From the NCBI GenBank assembly GCA_902574695.1, contig CACGON010000001.1:189315-253314 (forward strand): DNA of 64,000 nucleotides. The letters are read 5' to 3'. This DNA comes from an uncultured Pelagibacteraceae bacterium. Its GTDB lineage: Bacteria; Pseudomonadota; Alphaproteobacteria; Pelagibacterales; Pelagibacteraceae. Both the position numbers and the translations under genes were made by a program. The notes below the pieces were generated by a model. The model did no database searches and was not told the DNA's origin. It worked only from the letters and a program-made list of their open reading frames with translations. Numbering within the stretch: the first letter of the stretch is position 1; each line of letters starts with the position of its first letter. Positions 42,827-52,598 of the stretch are shown piece by piece.

Positions 42827-43810
42827 ATGAAGAAAGATAGTTTATCAAAAAAAATTCTTTATTGGTACGATAATAATAAGAGAAACTTACCATGGAGAAG
42901 CCATCTTTCAAAAAAACAAAAACAATATTTTATACTTGTGAGTGAATTTATGTTGCAGCAAACACAGGTTAAGACAGTGATTCCTTACTTTAAAAACTTT
43001 ACAAGATTAATTCCCAATTTAGAAAAGTTAGCGAAAGTAAATAATCAAAAGTTAATGAAATGTTGGCAAGGTTTAGGATATTACTCAAGAGCCAGAAACC
43101 TCAAAAAGACTTCACAAATTATAATTAAAAAGCATGGAGGCGAGATACCAAATAATTTTGATGATCTTAAAGAATTGCCAGGCATTGGAAATTATACTGC
43201 TAGTGCAATTTTAGCTATTGCTTTTAATGAACCATTCATACCATTAGATGGAAACATAGAAAGGGTTTTGAAAAGATATCTGTATTTAAAAAAAGAAAGT
43301 GAAATTAAAAAAGAAAACCTCGTAAAAAAAAAATCTATTTTTGGTATGTCTAATAGATCTGGTGATTACGCCCAGGCTCTTATGGAGATAGGTGCGCTTA
43401 TTTGCAAACCTGCTAATCCTTTATGCAATAAATGTCCTATTAAAAAAAAATGTAAATCTTTTAAAAAACAGGATTTTACGTTAACAAAGAAAAATAAAAA
43501 AAGTATAGACAAATATTTTATTCTTAAAGTTTACAAGAAAGATCAAAAATATCTTCTTATTAAAAATACCAAATTTAATTTTTTAAGGAATCTTAAAATA
43601 TTCCCCATGGAGGAGGTTGCCAAATCAAAGAATTTTAATGAAAGTCTTAGTTTTAAAATTTCTAATATGAACATGAATATCAAGTTTCAATATTTAAAAA
43701 ATCATCAAGACTTTCCATCCTCTAATTGGATAGATCAAAAAAAACTTGATAACTATCTGGTACCAACATTTACAAAAAAAATAGTTCAATATTTAGAAAA
43801 TAATTTATGA
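42827..43810 (+). CDS. mutY: A/G-specific adenine glycosylase
   Basis: WY..NKR.LPWR, SEFMLQQTQV, WQGLGYYSRARNL, LPGIG.YTA, C-x6-C-x2-C-x5-C; start set at ATG 42827. Confidence 0.96.
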   Translation: MKKDSLSKKILYWYDNNKRNLPWRSHLSKKQKQYFILVSEFMLQQTQVKTVIPYFKNFTRLIPNLEKLAKVNNQKLMKCWQGLGYYSRARNLKKTSQIIIKKHGGEIPNNFDDLKELPGIGNYTASAILAIAFNEPFIPLDGNIERVLKRYLYLKKESEIKKENLVKKKSIFGMSNRSGDYAQALMEIGALICKPANPLCNKCPIKKKCKSFKKQDFTLTKKNKKSIDKYFILKVYKKDQKYLLIKNTKFNFLRNLKIFPMEEVAKSKNFNESLSFKISNMNMNIKFQYLKNHQDFPSSNWIDQKKLDNYLVPTFTKKIVQYLENNL

Positions 43811-44949
43811 AAAAAGTTGCAATTATTGGAGCTGGAATTTCAGGATTATTCATTGCAAATCTTTTTAAAAATAGTTCAAATTATCAAATAAAAATTTTTG
43901 AAAAAAATAACTTAATAGATTTAGATGGGGGATATGGAGTACAATTATCAGTAAATAGCGTTAAACTCTTAAACAATATTGAATTTTATAAATTTAAAAA
44001 TGATAAAAAATTTAATCCAAATAAAATAATTTTTTATTCTAATAAAAGCTCAAATAAGTTGTGTGATCTTAATATTTCTGATTTTAATTCGAATGACTGC
44101 AAGTATACGACTCTGAAAAGATCTGATTTAGTAGGCTTTCTGAAAGATAAAGTAGAGGATTTAATAAAATATAATCATAGTATTTCAAAGATAGATAAAA
44201 ATAATAAAAAGATCCGACTGACTTTTGAAAATAATGAAACTTTTGAATGCGATTATTTAATAATTTCAGATGGGGTTTTTTCAAAAAGTAAAAATCTTAT
44301 TTCAAATAACAAAACTCAGGCAAAATATAATAATACTTTGGCTATTAGAGGAATGATTTCAAATTCCAACAATATTATTGATAATAAAAATATCTCATTA
44401 TTTTTTGGCTCTGATTTTCACCATGTTATTTATCCAATGACACCGAATGGTGATTTAAATTTTATAGCCATTATGAAATTTAAACTTTCAGATGAAGAAC
44501 TTAAAAATTATTCATTATTCAGTGATAATTCTTTTATACAAAAGATTTTAGATAATGTTCCACAGGAATGTAAAAAAATTTTTAATGAAATTAAGCAATT
44601 AAAAATGTTTCCAGTTTTCGTAAGTGATAACTTTTTTAAAATTAAGATAAACAATATTTATTTAATAGGAGATGCTTTTTTTGCTTTACCCCCGTCATTT
44701 GCACAAGGTGCGTCTCAATCTATAGAGGGAGCTTATGAATTATTTAAAAAAATAGAGAACAATACAGAAGAAAATTTTTTTAGAGTAAGAGTTAAAAAGA
44801 TAAAAATGGTCAATATAAGATCAAAAATTAACCAATTTATATTTCATTTATCTAATCCTTTAACCGTGTTTTTAAGAAATATCTTTTTAAAAAGATTAGT
44901 TAAAAATAAAAAGTTTTTAGAACAATATCTTGGTAAAATTTACAGATAA
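43807..44949 (+). CDS. FAD-dependent monooxygenase (salicylate hydroxylase-like, group A)
   Basis: GAGISG, SDG.FS, IGDA...PP.FAQGASQSIE. Confidence 0.85.
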   Translation: MKKVAIIGAGISGLFIANLFKNSSNYQIKIFEKNNLIDLDGGYGVQLSVNSVKLLNNIEFYKFKNDKKFNPNKIIFYSNKSSNKLCDLNISDFNSNDCKYTTLKRSDLVGFLKDKVEDLIKYNHSISKIDKNNKKIRLTFENNETFECDYLIISDGVFSKSKNLISNNKTQAKYNNTLAIRGMISNSNNIIDNKNISLFFGSDFHHVIYPMTPNGDLNFIAIMKFKLSDEELKNYSLFSDNSFIQKILDNVPQECKKIFNEIKQLKMFPVFVSDNFFKIKINNIYLIGDAFFALPPSFAQGASQSIEGAYELFKKIENNTEENFFRVRVKKIKMVNIRSKINQFIFHLSNPLTVFLRNIFLKRLVKNKKFLEQYLGKIYR

Positions 44950-44968
44950 CTTTAAATTAATTTTTTGA

Positions 44969-46045
44969 CTAAATTTTATTTTTAAAAAATCGATCTCTTA
45001 GATTATCGATGGGGTGAATAGATCCGTTTTTATTATAATGCCAAAATGTCCAACCATTACAACTTTCAGCACCTAAAATTGTGGCTGCAACTTTATGGAT
45101 TGATCCCTCAGTTTGAGCATGTCTAATACTGCCATCGACCATTATTTTTGCACTTATTTTCTTTTTATTATCAAAAATGGTTGTTCCTGGCTTAATTATT
45201 CCAAGCTCGACTAAAGAACCAAAAGGTATTCTTGGTTTAGATCTGTTATTTTGGAGTGTATCCAAATAATCATCTTCAATAGGTTTCGTTTCATTTAATC
45301 TTTGCTCTGCAGCTTTACAATAAGTTTTATCTTTGTCTATGCCAAAATAATTTCTACCTAATTTTTTTGAAACAGCTGCAGTTGTTCCAGATCCTAAAAA
45401 AGGATCTAGGATAAAATCATTTTTATTTGATGATGCTAATAAAATTCTATGTAACAGCGACTCAGGTTTTTGTGTAGAGTGTATTTTCTTTCCATTCTTT
45501 TTTAATCTTTCTGATCCACTACAAATTGGTAAATCCCAATTTGACCTCATTTGAAGATCATCATTTAAACATTTTAATGATTGATAATTAAAAGTATATT
45601 TCGATTTTTCAGATTTTGACGCCCAAATCAAGGTTTCATGTGCGTTTGTAAAACGTGTTCCTCTAAAATTTGGCATTGGATTTTTTTTATTCCAAATAAC
45701 ATCATTTAAAATCCAGAAACCTAGATTTTGAATTGCTGTACCAACTCTAAAGATATTATGGTAGCTTCCAATTACCCAGATAGCGCCATTTTTTTTTAAA
45801 ATTCTTTTACACTCATTTAGCCATGCATAAGTAAAATCATCATATGCTTTAAAACTTTCAAATTGATCCCAATTATCATTTACAGCATTTACTTTTGATC
45901 TATCAGGTCTAGTTAACTTATTTTTCAGTTGTAAGTTGTAAGGGGGATCTGCAAAAACAAGGTCGAAACTTTCACTTGGTATTTTTTTTAATTCTTTAAT
46001 GCTATCCCCATTAATAATTTTGTTTTTAAATTTATTATCAATCAT
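44969..46045 (-). CDS. ccrM: CcrM-type N6-adenine DNA methyltransferase
   Basis: FADPPYNLQL, GSYHNIFRVG, NPMPNFRGTRFTNAHETLIW, HSTQKPE, DPFLGSGTT, C-terminal GSIH..CNGWTFWH; downstream of rnhB. Confidence 0.95.
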   Translation of the reverse strand: MIDNKFKNKIINGDSIKELKKIPSESFDLVFADPPYNLQLKNKLTRPDRSKVNAVNDNWDQFESFKAYDDFTYAWLNECKRILKKNGAIWVIGSYHNIFRVGTAIQNLGFWILNDVIWNKKNPMPNFRGTRFTNAHETLIWASKSEKSKYTFNYQSLKCLNDDLQMRSNWDLPICSGSERLKKNGKKIHSTQKPESLLHRILLASSNKNDFILDPFLGSGTTAAVSKKLGRNYFGIDKDKTYCKAAEQRLNETKPIEDDYLDTLQNNRSKPRIPFGSLVELGIIKPGTTIFDNKKKISAKIMVDGSIRHAQTEGSIHKVAATILGAESCNGWTFWHYNKNGSIHPIDNLRDRFFKNKI

Positions 46046-46061
46046 TTTTAAAAACTTATTA

Positions 46062-46138
46062 GACTCTAGGTCAGAGTCATCGTCAACTTGTGATTGAATT
46101 ATTTAGAGTCCTTTTGTGGTGTCTATTTTTGGAGACTC
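46062..46138. promoter_or_regulatory. Cluster of four GANTC (CcrM target) sites upstream of ccrM
   Basis: GACTC 46062, GAGTC 46074, GAGTC 46106, GACTC 46134; the first two form GACTCT-N5-AGAGTC. Confidence 0.7.
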
Positions 46139-46698
46139 AATATGTTGTGTATAGGTTTAAATTTTTTTCTATGGACTTTTGTAACTCCAAATTTTTTAAT
46201 AGCCACTAGATGATCTTTAGTTCCGTAGCCCGCATTTTTGTGCCAAGAGTATTTATCATATACTTTTGCCAGCTTTCTAATCAACCTATCTCGTGATACT
46301 TTGGCAATTATTGATGCAGCAGATATTTCTGGAATCTTTTCATCGCCTTTAATCATGAACTTTAAATTATAATTCTTCATGGTTGGAACTTTATTACCAT
46401 CAATTATTATAATTTTTGGTTTAATTTTTAGTTTTTTTATAGCTCTTTTCATTGCAAGCAAGCTAGCATTTAAAATATTAAATTTTTCTATTTCCTTTAA
46501 AGATGCAGATCCAATTGACCATTTTGAATTTTGTTTAATATATTTTTCTAAACTTTCACGTTTTTTTTTAGTTAAACTTTTTGAGTCTTTAAGTATTTTT
46601 TTATTTATATTATCATTTAGTATTACAGCAGCCGCAAAAACCGGACCAATTAAGCTACCTCTTCCAACCTCATCAACTCCAGCCAAAATTTTTTTCAT
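46123..46698 (-). CDS. rnhB: Ribonuclease HII
   Basis: GVDEVGRG, DSK, IDG, KGD, AASIIAKV.RD, GYGT. Confidence 0.97.
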   Translation of the reverse strand: MKKILAGVDEVGRGSLIGPVFAAAVILNDNINKKILKDSKSLTKKKRESLEKYIKQNSKWSIGSASLKEIEKFNILNASLLAMKRAIKKLKIKPKIIIIDGNKVPTMKNYNLKFMIKGDEKIPEISAASIIAKVSRDRLIRKLAKVYDKYSWHKNAGYGTKDHLVAIKKFGVTKVHRKKFKPIHNILSLQK

Positions 46699-47388
46699 TT
46701 ATATAATAATATTTAATTCATTAATTTTATTTTTAATTTCTTTTAAATCTGCCCAAGAATATTTTTTTTGATCTGGTTGTCTTAAGAGATAAGCAGGATG
46801 GAATGTTACAATTGATAAATAAGTTTTTCCTTTTATAATTACATCTTTCCATATTCCTCTTTCCTTTGAAATTTTGTAATTACAACCAATTAGAGCTTCC
46901 ATAGCAGTGCTACCCATTATTATTAATATTTTAGGATTTATTATAGAAATATGCTCGTAAAGAAATTGTGAATATTTATTAATTTCTGTGGTAGCGGGTT
47001 TTCTATTATTTGGAGGCCTATAATTAACAACATTTGTTATATAAACACTTTCTCTCTTAATGTTAATAGCTGCCAACATCTTGTTTAATAATTTTCCTGC
47101 ATCGCCCATAAAAGGTTTGCCCATTTCATCCTCTTTCTGTCCAGGACCTTCTCCGATTATCATTAATTTACTATTCCAATTACCATCACTAAATACCATT
47201 TTGTTTGCATTTTTTTTTAGATCACAATCATTTATTTCATTAATTTTATTCATTAATTTTTCTAGTTTTAATTTAATTTGAGCTGGTTCCTCTGACATTT
47301 TAAAGCGTTTAATTGGTTTATTGCTAAATTTAAAATTTGTATCTATTGATTTTAAAAACTCATCATTTAAAAACTCTTTATTAGTCAT
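46699..47388 (-). CDS. Uracil-DNA glycosylase family 4
   Basis: IGEGPG..ED..G.PF.G.AG.LL, YITNVV.YRPPNNR, TFHPAYLLR; start ATG 47388 assumed. Confidence 0.92.
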   Translation of the reverse strand: MTNKEFLNDEFLKSIDTNFKFSNKPIKRFKMSEEPAQIKLKLEKLMNKINEINDCDLKKNANKMVFSDGNWNSKLMIIGEGPGQKEDEMGKPFMGDAGKLLNKMLAAINIKRESVYITNVVNYRPPNNRKPATTEINKYSQFLYEHISIINPKILIIMGSTAMEALIGCNYKISKERGIWKDVIIKGKTYLSIVTFHPAYLLRQPDQKKYSWADLKEIKNKINELNIII

Positions 47389-47398
47389 AATATTAATA

Positions 47399-49096
47399 AT
47401 GATACCAAAATTTTTAAAAATTATCTTTATTCTATTAACTTTTTTTTTCACCAATCAGGCGAATTCTAAAGTATCAAATACTAATTTTAGCGAAAGTATA
47501 TTGGTAAATTATCTCTCAGCTATTATTTCGTATGACGATCAGCAAAACCAAAAATCTTTAAATTATTTTAATTCTTCAAAAGCACTATTAAAAAAACATG
47601 AATCTTACTTCAAAAAATATATTTTTTCATTAGTTACCAACCAGAAGATTAAAAGAGCAATACAAGAAATAAAAATTAAAAAAAACGAAAGCAATACAGA
47701 TTTTTTCGAATATTATCTACTTCTTGTTTTAGATTCAATTTTAAAAAAAGATTACGAAAAAAGCGAAAAATTTATTGGCAATCTTTCAAAATTTAAAGGA
47801 TCAAATTCTTATGAGGATGCAATTTATGATACTCTTAATCTTTACATATCAACTTTTAAAAATAAAAAATTAAATTTTCAGAAATCAAAATATGAAAATT
47901 TAAATTTGTTAAATAATACATTTTTAAAATGTTACCTTGATGATGAGACAACACAAACTTCCTTCGATAATTTAGTGAATTCTGGTTCAGTAGATTATTC
48001 AAGGTATTTATTTTTTTATACAAATTATCTGATTAGCAAAAATAAGATTTCAGAGGCTAATAAACTTTTTATTAATAAAGACCGTTTAAATAATGGCCTA
48101 CTTATTCTTCAAACTAGAGATTGGTTATTAAATAATGAAAGTAAAAAAATATCTAACATCTTTTCTTGCAAGTCAGAGGCAGACCTTTTGGCTGAGTTTT
48201 TTTTCTTAATCTCAAATTTATATTCATCTCAAAAAGAGATGAAAAAATCAAATTTTTATCTAAATATATCAATTTTTTTAAACGATAAATTTAAATCTAA
48301 CGAGTTACTAATTGCTGATAATTATTTTGATACAAAAAAATATGAAGAAACAAAAAAAATATTAAAAAAATTTACTAAAGAAGATAAAATCTTTTATTGG
48401 TATAAAATAAAAACAAATACTAAAATTATCTCAATTAATCAAAATGAAAAGCAAGCTTTAAATTATATTGAAAATAAATTTCAAAAAATAAACAATAAAA
48501 CTGACAAAATTATTTTTGATATGGCAAATATTTATAAGAATTTTAAAGAATATAATAAAGCAATTAATCTATACACAATATTAATGAAAAAATTTAATGA
48601 TAACTCAAAAACTTATGCTGACCTTCTATTTAGGAGAGGTGGTTGTAATGAAAGATTGAAAAATTTTAAAAAAAGTGACGAAGATTTATTATTAGCTTTA
48701 ACAATTACTCCAAACAATTCCTATACATTAAACTATCTTGCTTATTCATGGCTGGAAAGAAACATTAATATTACAAGAGCAGTTAATATGTTGGAAATTG
48801 CATATAAAAACAATCAAGATGATCCTTATATAACTGACTCTGTTGGTTGGGGGTACTACCTCACAGGAAGATATGTTGAGGCTGAAAAGTTTATGAAAAA
48901 AGCAATTATCCTTATGCCAAATGATCCAATTGTAAACGATCACTACGGAGATATTTTATGGAGTTTAAATAAAAAGATACAAGCAAAATATTATTGGAAG
49001 AGTGTTTTAAATCTTAAAGATACAAAAAAAGAAATGATAGAAAAAGTTAAAATAAAATTATTAATAGGACCAAAAATTGAGCACAATAATTCATAA
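47399..49096 (+). CDS. Exported tetratricopeptide repeat protein
   Basis: Signal peptide, LNYLAYSW and DSVGWGYY, DHYGD.LW TPR motifs; usual gene upstream of ispE; start ATG 47399 assumed. Confidence 0.88.
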   Translation: MIPKFLKIIFILLTFFFTNQANSKVSNTNFSESILVNYLSAIISYDDQQNQKSLNYFNSSKALLKKHESYFKKYIFSLVTNQKIKRAIQEIKIKKNESNTDFFEYYLLLVLDSILKKDYEKSEKFIGNLSKFKGSNSYEDAIYDTLNLYISTFKNKKLNFQKSKYENLNLLNNTFLKCYLDDETTQTSFDNLVNSGSVDYSRYLFFYTNYLISKNKISEANKLFINKDRLNNGLLILQTRDWLLNNESKKISNIFSCKSEADLLAEFFFLISNLYSSQKEMKKSNFYLNISIFLNDKFKSNELLIADNYFDTKKYEETKKILKKFTKEDKIFYWYKIKTNTKIISINQNEKQALNYIENKFQKINNKTDKIIFDMANIYKNFKEYNKAINLYTILMKKFNDNSKTYADLLFRRGGCNERLKNFKKSDEDLLLALTITPNNSYTLNYLAYSWLERNINITRAVNMLEIAYKNNQDDPYITDSVGWGYYLTGRYVEAEKFMKKAIILMPNDPIVNDHYGDILWSLNKKIQAKYYWKSVLNLKDTKKEMIEKVKIKLLIGPKIEHNNS

Positions 49097-49922
49097 TCTC
49101 AAATCACACGCTAAGATAAATTTAAATTTAAATATAATTGGAAAAAAAAAATCAAAAAAGTTACATTCAATTGAAAGCCTTGTAGTTCTAATTGATTTAG
49201 CAGATGAAATTCAAATAAGCGAAATAAATTCAAAAAAACATCAAGTAATATTTAAGGGTAATTTTTCAAAGGGAATCTCAAAAAAAAATACAATTACACA
49301 TCTCATGAGTATTATTGAAAAAAAAAATTTTTTAAAAAAAAAATATAAAATTCAGGTAAAAAAAAATATTCCTCAAAAATCTGGACTTGGTGGAGGCTCA
49401 ATGAATGCAGCAACAATTTTAAGTTTTTTTAAAAAAAAAAAAATACTAACAAACAAGCAAACTATAAACTTTGCAAAAAAAATTGGATCAGATGTGATTT
49501 TAGGACTCAACAAATCCCCGAAAATTTACCTTCCAAACGGTAAAATAAAAGAGGTAAAGAATAAAATTAAATACAGTTTGCTTCTAGTAAAACCAAATTT
49601 TGGATGCTCAACACAAAAAATTTTTTCAGCAAATAAAGTATTTTCAAAAAGAAAATACTCAAATACTAAAAATCAAATAAGTAAAAAATCTATTATTTAT
49701 GATAAAAATGATCTTGAGCCTAGTGCATTTAGATTGTATCCAAAACTCAAGAAATTGAAAAATAAGCTAATAAATTGGAAAACAGCTGAATTTGTTAGAA
49801 TGACAGGATCGGGTTCAACTCTAGTAATGTATTTTAATTCTAAACTAACAGCAAAAAATACATTGAAAATTTCAAAAAGAAAATTAAATAATTGTTGGTG
49901 CAATTTATCAAAAGTTATATAA
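49077..49922 (+). CDS. ispE: 4-diphosphocytidyl-2-C-methyl-D-erythritol kinase
   Basis: AKINL.L, KNIP..SGLGGGS.NAA, GSDV, NDLE, RMTGSGS. Confidence 0.95.
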   Translation: MSTIIHNLKSHAKINLNLNIIGKKKSKKLHSIESLVVLIDLADEIQISEINSKKHQVIFKGNFSKGISKKNTITHLMSIIEKKNFLKKKYKIQVKKNIPQKSGLGGGSMNAATILSFFKKKKILTNKQTINFAKKIGSDVILGLNKSPKIYLPNGKIKEVKNKIKYSLLLVKPNFGCSTQKIFSANKVFSKRKYSNTKNQISKKSIIYDKNDLEPSAFRLYPKLKKLKNKLINWKTAEFVRMTGSGSTLVMYFNSKLTAKNTLKISKRKLNNCWCNLSKVI

Positions 49923-49954
49923 AAATTTATTTTAATATAAAATAAAACTAACTT

Positions 49955-50029
49955 TGGGGCGTAGCCAAGTGGTAAGGCAGCGGTTTTTGGTACCGCCATT
50001 CCTAGGTTCGAATCCTAGCGCCCCAGCCA
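49955..50029 (+). tRNA. tRNA-Gln(UUG)
   Basis: Acceptor TGGGGCG/CGCCCCA, anticodon arm GCGGT-TTTTGGT-ACCGC (TTG at 49987-49989), T arm CTAGG-TTCGAAT-CCTAG, encoded CCA. Confidence 0.97.
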
Positions 50030-50032
50030 AAT

Positions 50033-51295
50033 ATGTTGAGTGTATTTAAAAAATATTTTTCAAAGTCTAATCTAATAGAGTCGAAGTTTTTTGATTTACA
50101 AAATGTAACAAGGGTCAAAAATATATTTAACGCTATAAATGACTATTCGCCTGAATCAGAAATTAGATATGTTGGCGGGTGTGTAAGAAAAATTTTAAAT
50201 AATGAAAAAGTTGATGATATTGATCTTGCAACCAATTTAAACCCTGATGAAATAAAACAAGCTTTACACAAAAAAAAAATTAAATTTTATGAAACTGGCA
50301 TTGAGCATGGAACAATTACCGCTTATATAGAAAACGAGAAATACGAAATAACCTCATTGCGAAGCGATATATCATCAGATGGTAGGCACGCAAAAGTTAA
50401 ATTTACAAAAGATTGGATTAAAGATGCTGAAAGAAGGGATTTCACAATAAATTGTATCTATGCAGATTTGAACGGAAATTTATTTGATCCATTCAATGGT
50501 AAAAACGATCTTAAAAATGGAAAAATTGTTTTCGTAGGTGAGGAAGAAAAAAGAATACAGGAGGACTATTTAAGAATTTTAAGATATTTAAGATTTTTTT
50601 CTATTTATAGTAAATCAAATCACGATGGAAATACACTAAGAAATATAAAAAAAAACTTACGTGGTATTTCACAAATTTCTTCCGAGAGATTATTAGATGA
50701 ATTTAAAAAAATATTTAATTCACAATCATTAGAAAGTTTGTGTCTTAATAACGATTCATTTCTTATATTGAAGCTAATATTCCCCCAATTTAAGCATCTT
50801 GAAATAATAAAAAAATTAAACCCAAAAATGAGGAATAAACTAAAAGATCTTGATTATATATTTTTACTTGGAGTTTTAACTATAGATGAAAGTGATAACT
50901 TGGATTATTTTTTATTTAAATTTAATATTTCTAAAAAAAACCAAAAACGAATAATAAATATTAAAGATTTTTTTTACTCTAGAAAAACAGAAGAAAAATT
51001 CAGTTTCAAGTTACTTAGAAAATATTTTTACATATTTGGCAAAGAAAGCTTAATAGATATTTTAAATTATAAATTATTTTTTTCTAAAGCTGATAAAAAA
51101 TTAGAAGAGTATCTAGAATATTTTCAGGATAAAAGACCACCCATATTTCCAATTAAGGCTGAATATTTGATGAAAAAATTTAATCTTTTAGAGGGAAAAA
51201 AGCTTGGTGATTATTTAAAATTAGTTGAAAAACATTGGATTGATAATGATTTTAATATCAGCGAAGAAGAAATAGAAAAAATAATTAAAAATTAA
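50033..51295 (+). CDS. cca: CCA tRNA nucleotidyltransferase (poly(A) polymerase/CCA family)
   Basis: [45 protein letters not shown]. Confidence 0.92.
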   Translation: MLSVFKKYFSKSNLIESKFFDLQNVTRVKNIFNAINDYSPESEIRYVGGCVRKILNNEKVDDIDLATNLNPDEIKQALHKKKIKFYETGIEHGTITAYIENEKYEITSLRSDISSDGRHAKVKFTKDWIKDAERRDFTINCIYADLNGNLFDPFNGKNDLKNGKIVFVGEEEKRIQEDYLRILRYLRFFSIYSKSNHDGNTLRNIKKNLRGISQISSERLLDEFKKIFNSQSLESLCLNNDSFLILKLIFPQFKHLEIIKKLNPKMRNKLKDLDYIFLLGVLTIDESDNLDYFLFKFNISKKNQKRIINIKDFFYSRKTEEKFSFKLLRKYFYIFGKESLIDILNYKLFFSKADKKLEEYLEYFQDKRPPIFPIKAEYLMKKFNLLEGKKLGDYLKLVEKHWIDNDFNISEEEIEKIIKN

Positions 51296-51768
51296 ATATA
51301 TTTAACATCTTTTATTTCAAAATTTTTGTTACCTGCAGGCGTTTTTATTTCAACGAGATCACCTTTATTTTTTCCAATTAATCCTTTTCCAATTGGTGAC
51401 TTAAAATAAATTAATTTATTTTTAATATCAGCTTCGTCTTTTCCAACAATTTTATAATCTACTTTTTCGCCATTATCTAAATTTATCAAATACACACTCG
51501 ATCCAAATATTATTTTACCATCATTTGATAGCTTTGTTACGTCAATTACGTTTGCTCTAGCAATCACATCATTAATTTCTTCAATTCTACCTTCATTATG
51601 TGATTGCTGTTCTTTTGCTGCATGATATTCGGCATTTTCTTTAAGATCACCGTGAGATCTAGCTTCAGATATTGCTGAAACAATTTCCGGACGTTTTTTT
51701 TCTTTCCTTAATATTAATTCTTCTTTTAACTTTTCTAATCCTTGAATTGTTATAGGTTCTTTATCCAT
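51292..51768 (-). CDS. greA: Transcription elongation factor GreA
   Basis: [28 protein letters not shown]. Confidence 0.98.
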   Translation of the reverse strand: MDKEPITIQGLEKLKEELILRKEKKRPEIVSAISEARSHGDLKENAEYHAAKEQQSHNEGRIEEINDVIARANVIDVTKLSNDGKIIFGSSVYLINLDNGEKVDYKIVGKDEADIKNKLIYFKSPIGKGLIGKNKGDLVEIKTPAGNKNFEIKDVKYI

Positions 51769-51770
51769 AA

Positions 51771-52598
51771 TTATTTCCAACTAGCTATTGGTGGTAGTGA
51801 CATAAGTATTGCATCGACATTACCTCCAGTTTGTAGTCCGAATTTTGTGCCTCTGTCATAGATTAAATTAAATTCAACATATCTTCCACGTTTTAAATAC
51901 TGAATTTCTTTCTGTTTTTTTGTCCATTTTTTATTTCTATTTTTACTTATTATATCATTATATACATTTTGAAATGTTAAGCCAACGTCTCTTACAAAAT
52001 CAAAATCTTTAGCCCAATTTTTTTTCTTATAATCAAAAAAAATACCACCTATTCCTCTTGGTTCATTTCTATGATTTAGAAAAAAATATTTATCACACCA
52101 TTTCTTATATTTTCTATAATAATTTTTATTATGATGATCGCACGTTTTTTTTATTACTTTATGAAATTTTTTTTCTAAGTTTTTATTTTTTAAACAAGGC
52201 GTAACATCCATACCTCCGCCAAACCATCCATGAGAAGTATGAATGTATCTGGTATTAAAATGCATTGCTGGAATATGAGGATTCTTCATATGCATTACAA
52301 CCGAGATACCTGATGCCCAAAATTTTGGGTTTTTATTTGTTCCAGGAATTTTATTTTTAAAATCTTTTGATAAATTTCCATATACCTCTGAAAAATTTAC
52401 TCCAACTTTATCAAAAATTTTACCATTTTCAAAAACTCTAAATTCTCCACCACCCTCATTTTTTCTTTTATTTCTTTTCCATTTCGTTGCTCTAAAAATA
52501 TCTTTTTTATCTTCAATTTTTTCAATATCATTACAAATTGAATCCTGTAAGATTTTAAACCAATTAGATGTGAGTTTTTTTTTTAGCTTTTCATTCAT
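51771..52598 (-). CDS. hemF: Oxygen-dependent coproporphyrinogen III oxidase
   Basis: [45 protein letters not shown]; start ATG 52598 overlaps the trmL stop. Confidence 0.97.
   Translation of the reverse strand: MNEKLKKKLTSNWFKILQDSICNDIEKIEDKKDIFRATKWKRNKRKNEGGGEFRVFENGKIFDKVGVNFSEVYGNLSKDFKNKIPGTNKNPKFWASGISVVMHMKNPHIPAMHFNTRYIHTSHGWFGGGMDVTPCLKNKNLEKKFHKVIKKTCDHHNKNYYRKYKKWCDKYFFLNHRNEPRGIGGIFFDYKKKNWAKDFDFVRDVGLTFQNVYNDIISKNRNKKWTKKQKEIQYLKRGRYVEFNLIYDRGTKFGLQTGGNVDAILMSLPPIASWK

Noticed and set aside
44969-46045. DNA methyltransferase as part of a restriction-modification or defence system
   Set aside because: Sequence and rnhB linkage match the orphan housekeeping CcrM; neither neighbour is an endonuclease.
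46048-46062. TTAA-N7-TTAG, a near CtrA box upstream of ccrM
   Set aside because: Imperfect, very likely by chance at this AT content, positioned right at the start codon, and CtrA is reported absent from Pelagibacter.
49955-50029. tRNA-Gln as an integration site for an island or prophage
   Set aside because: No integrase, no duplicated tRNA 3' end seen, and core genes lie on both sides.
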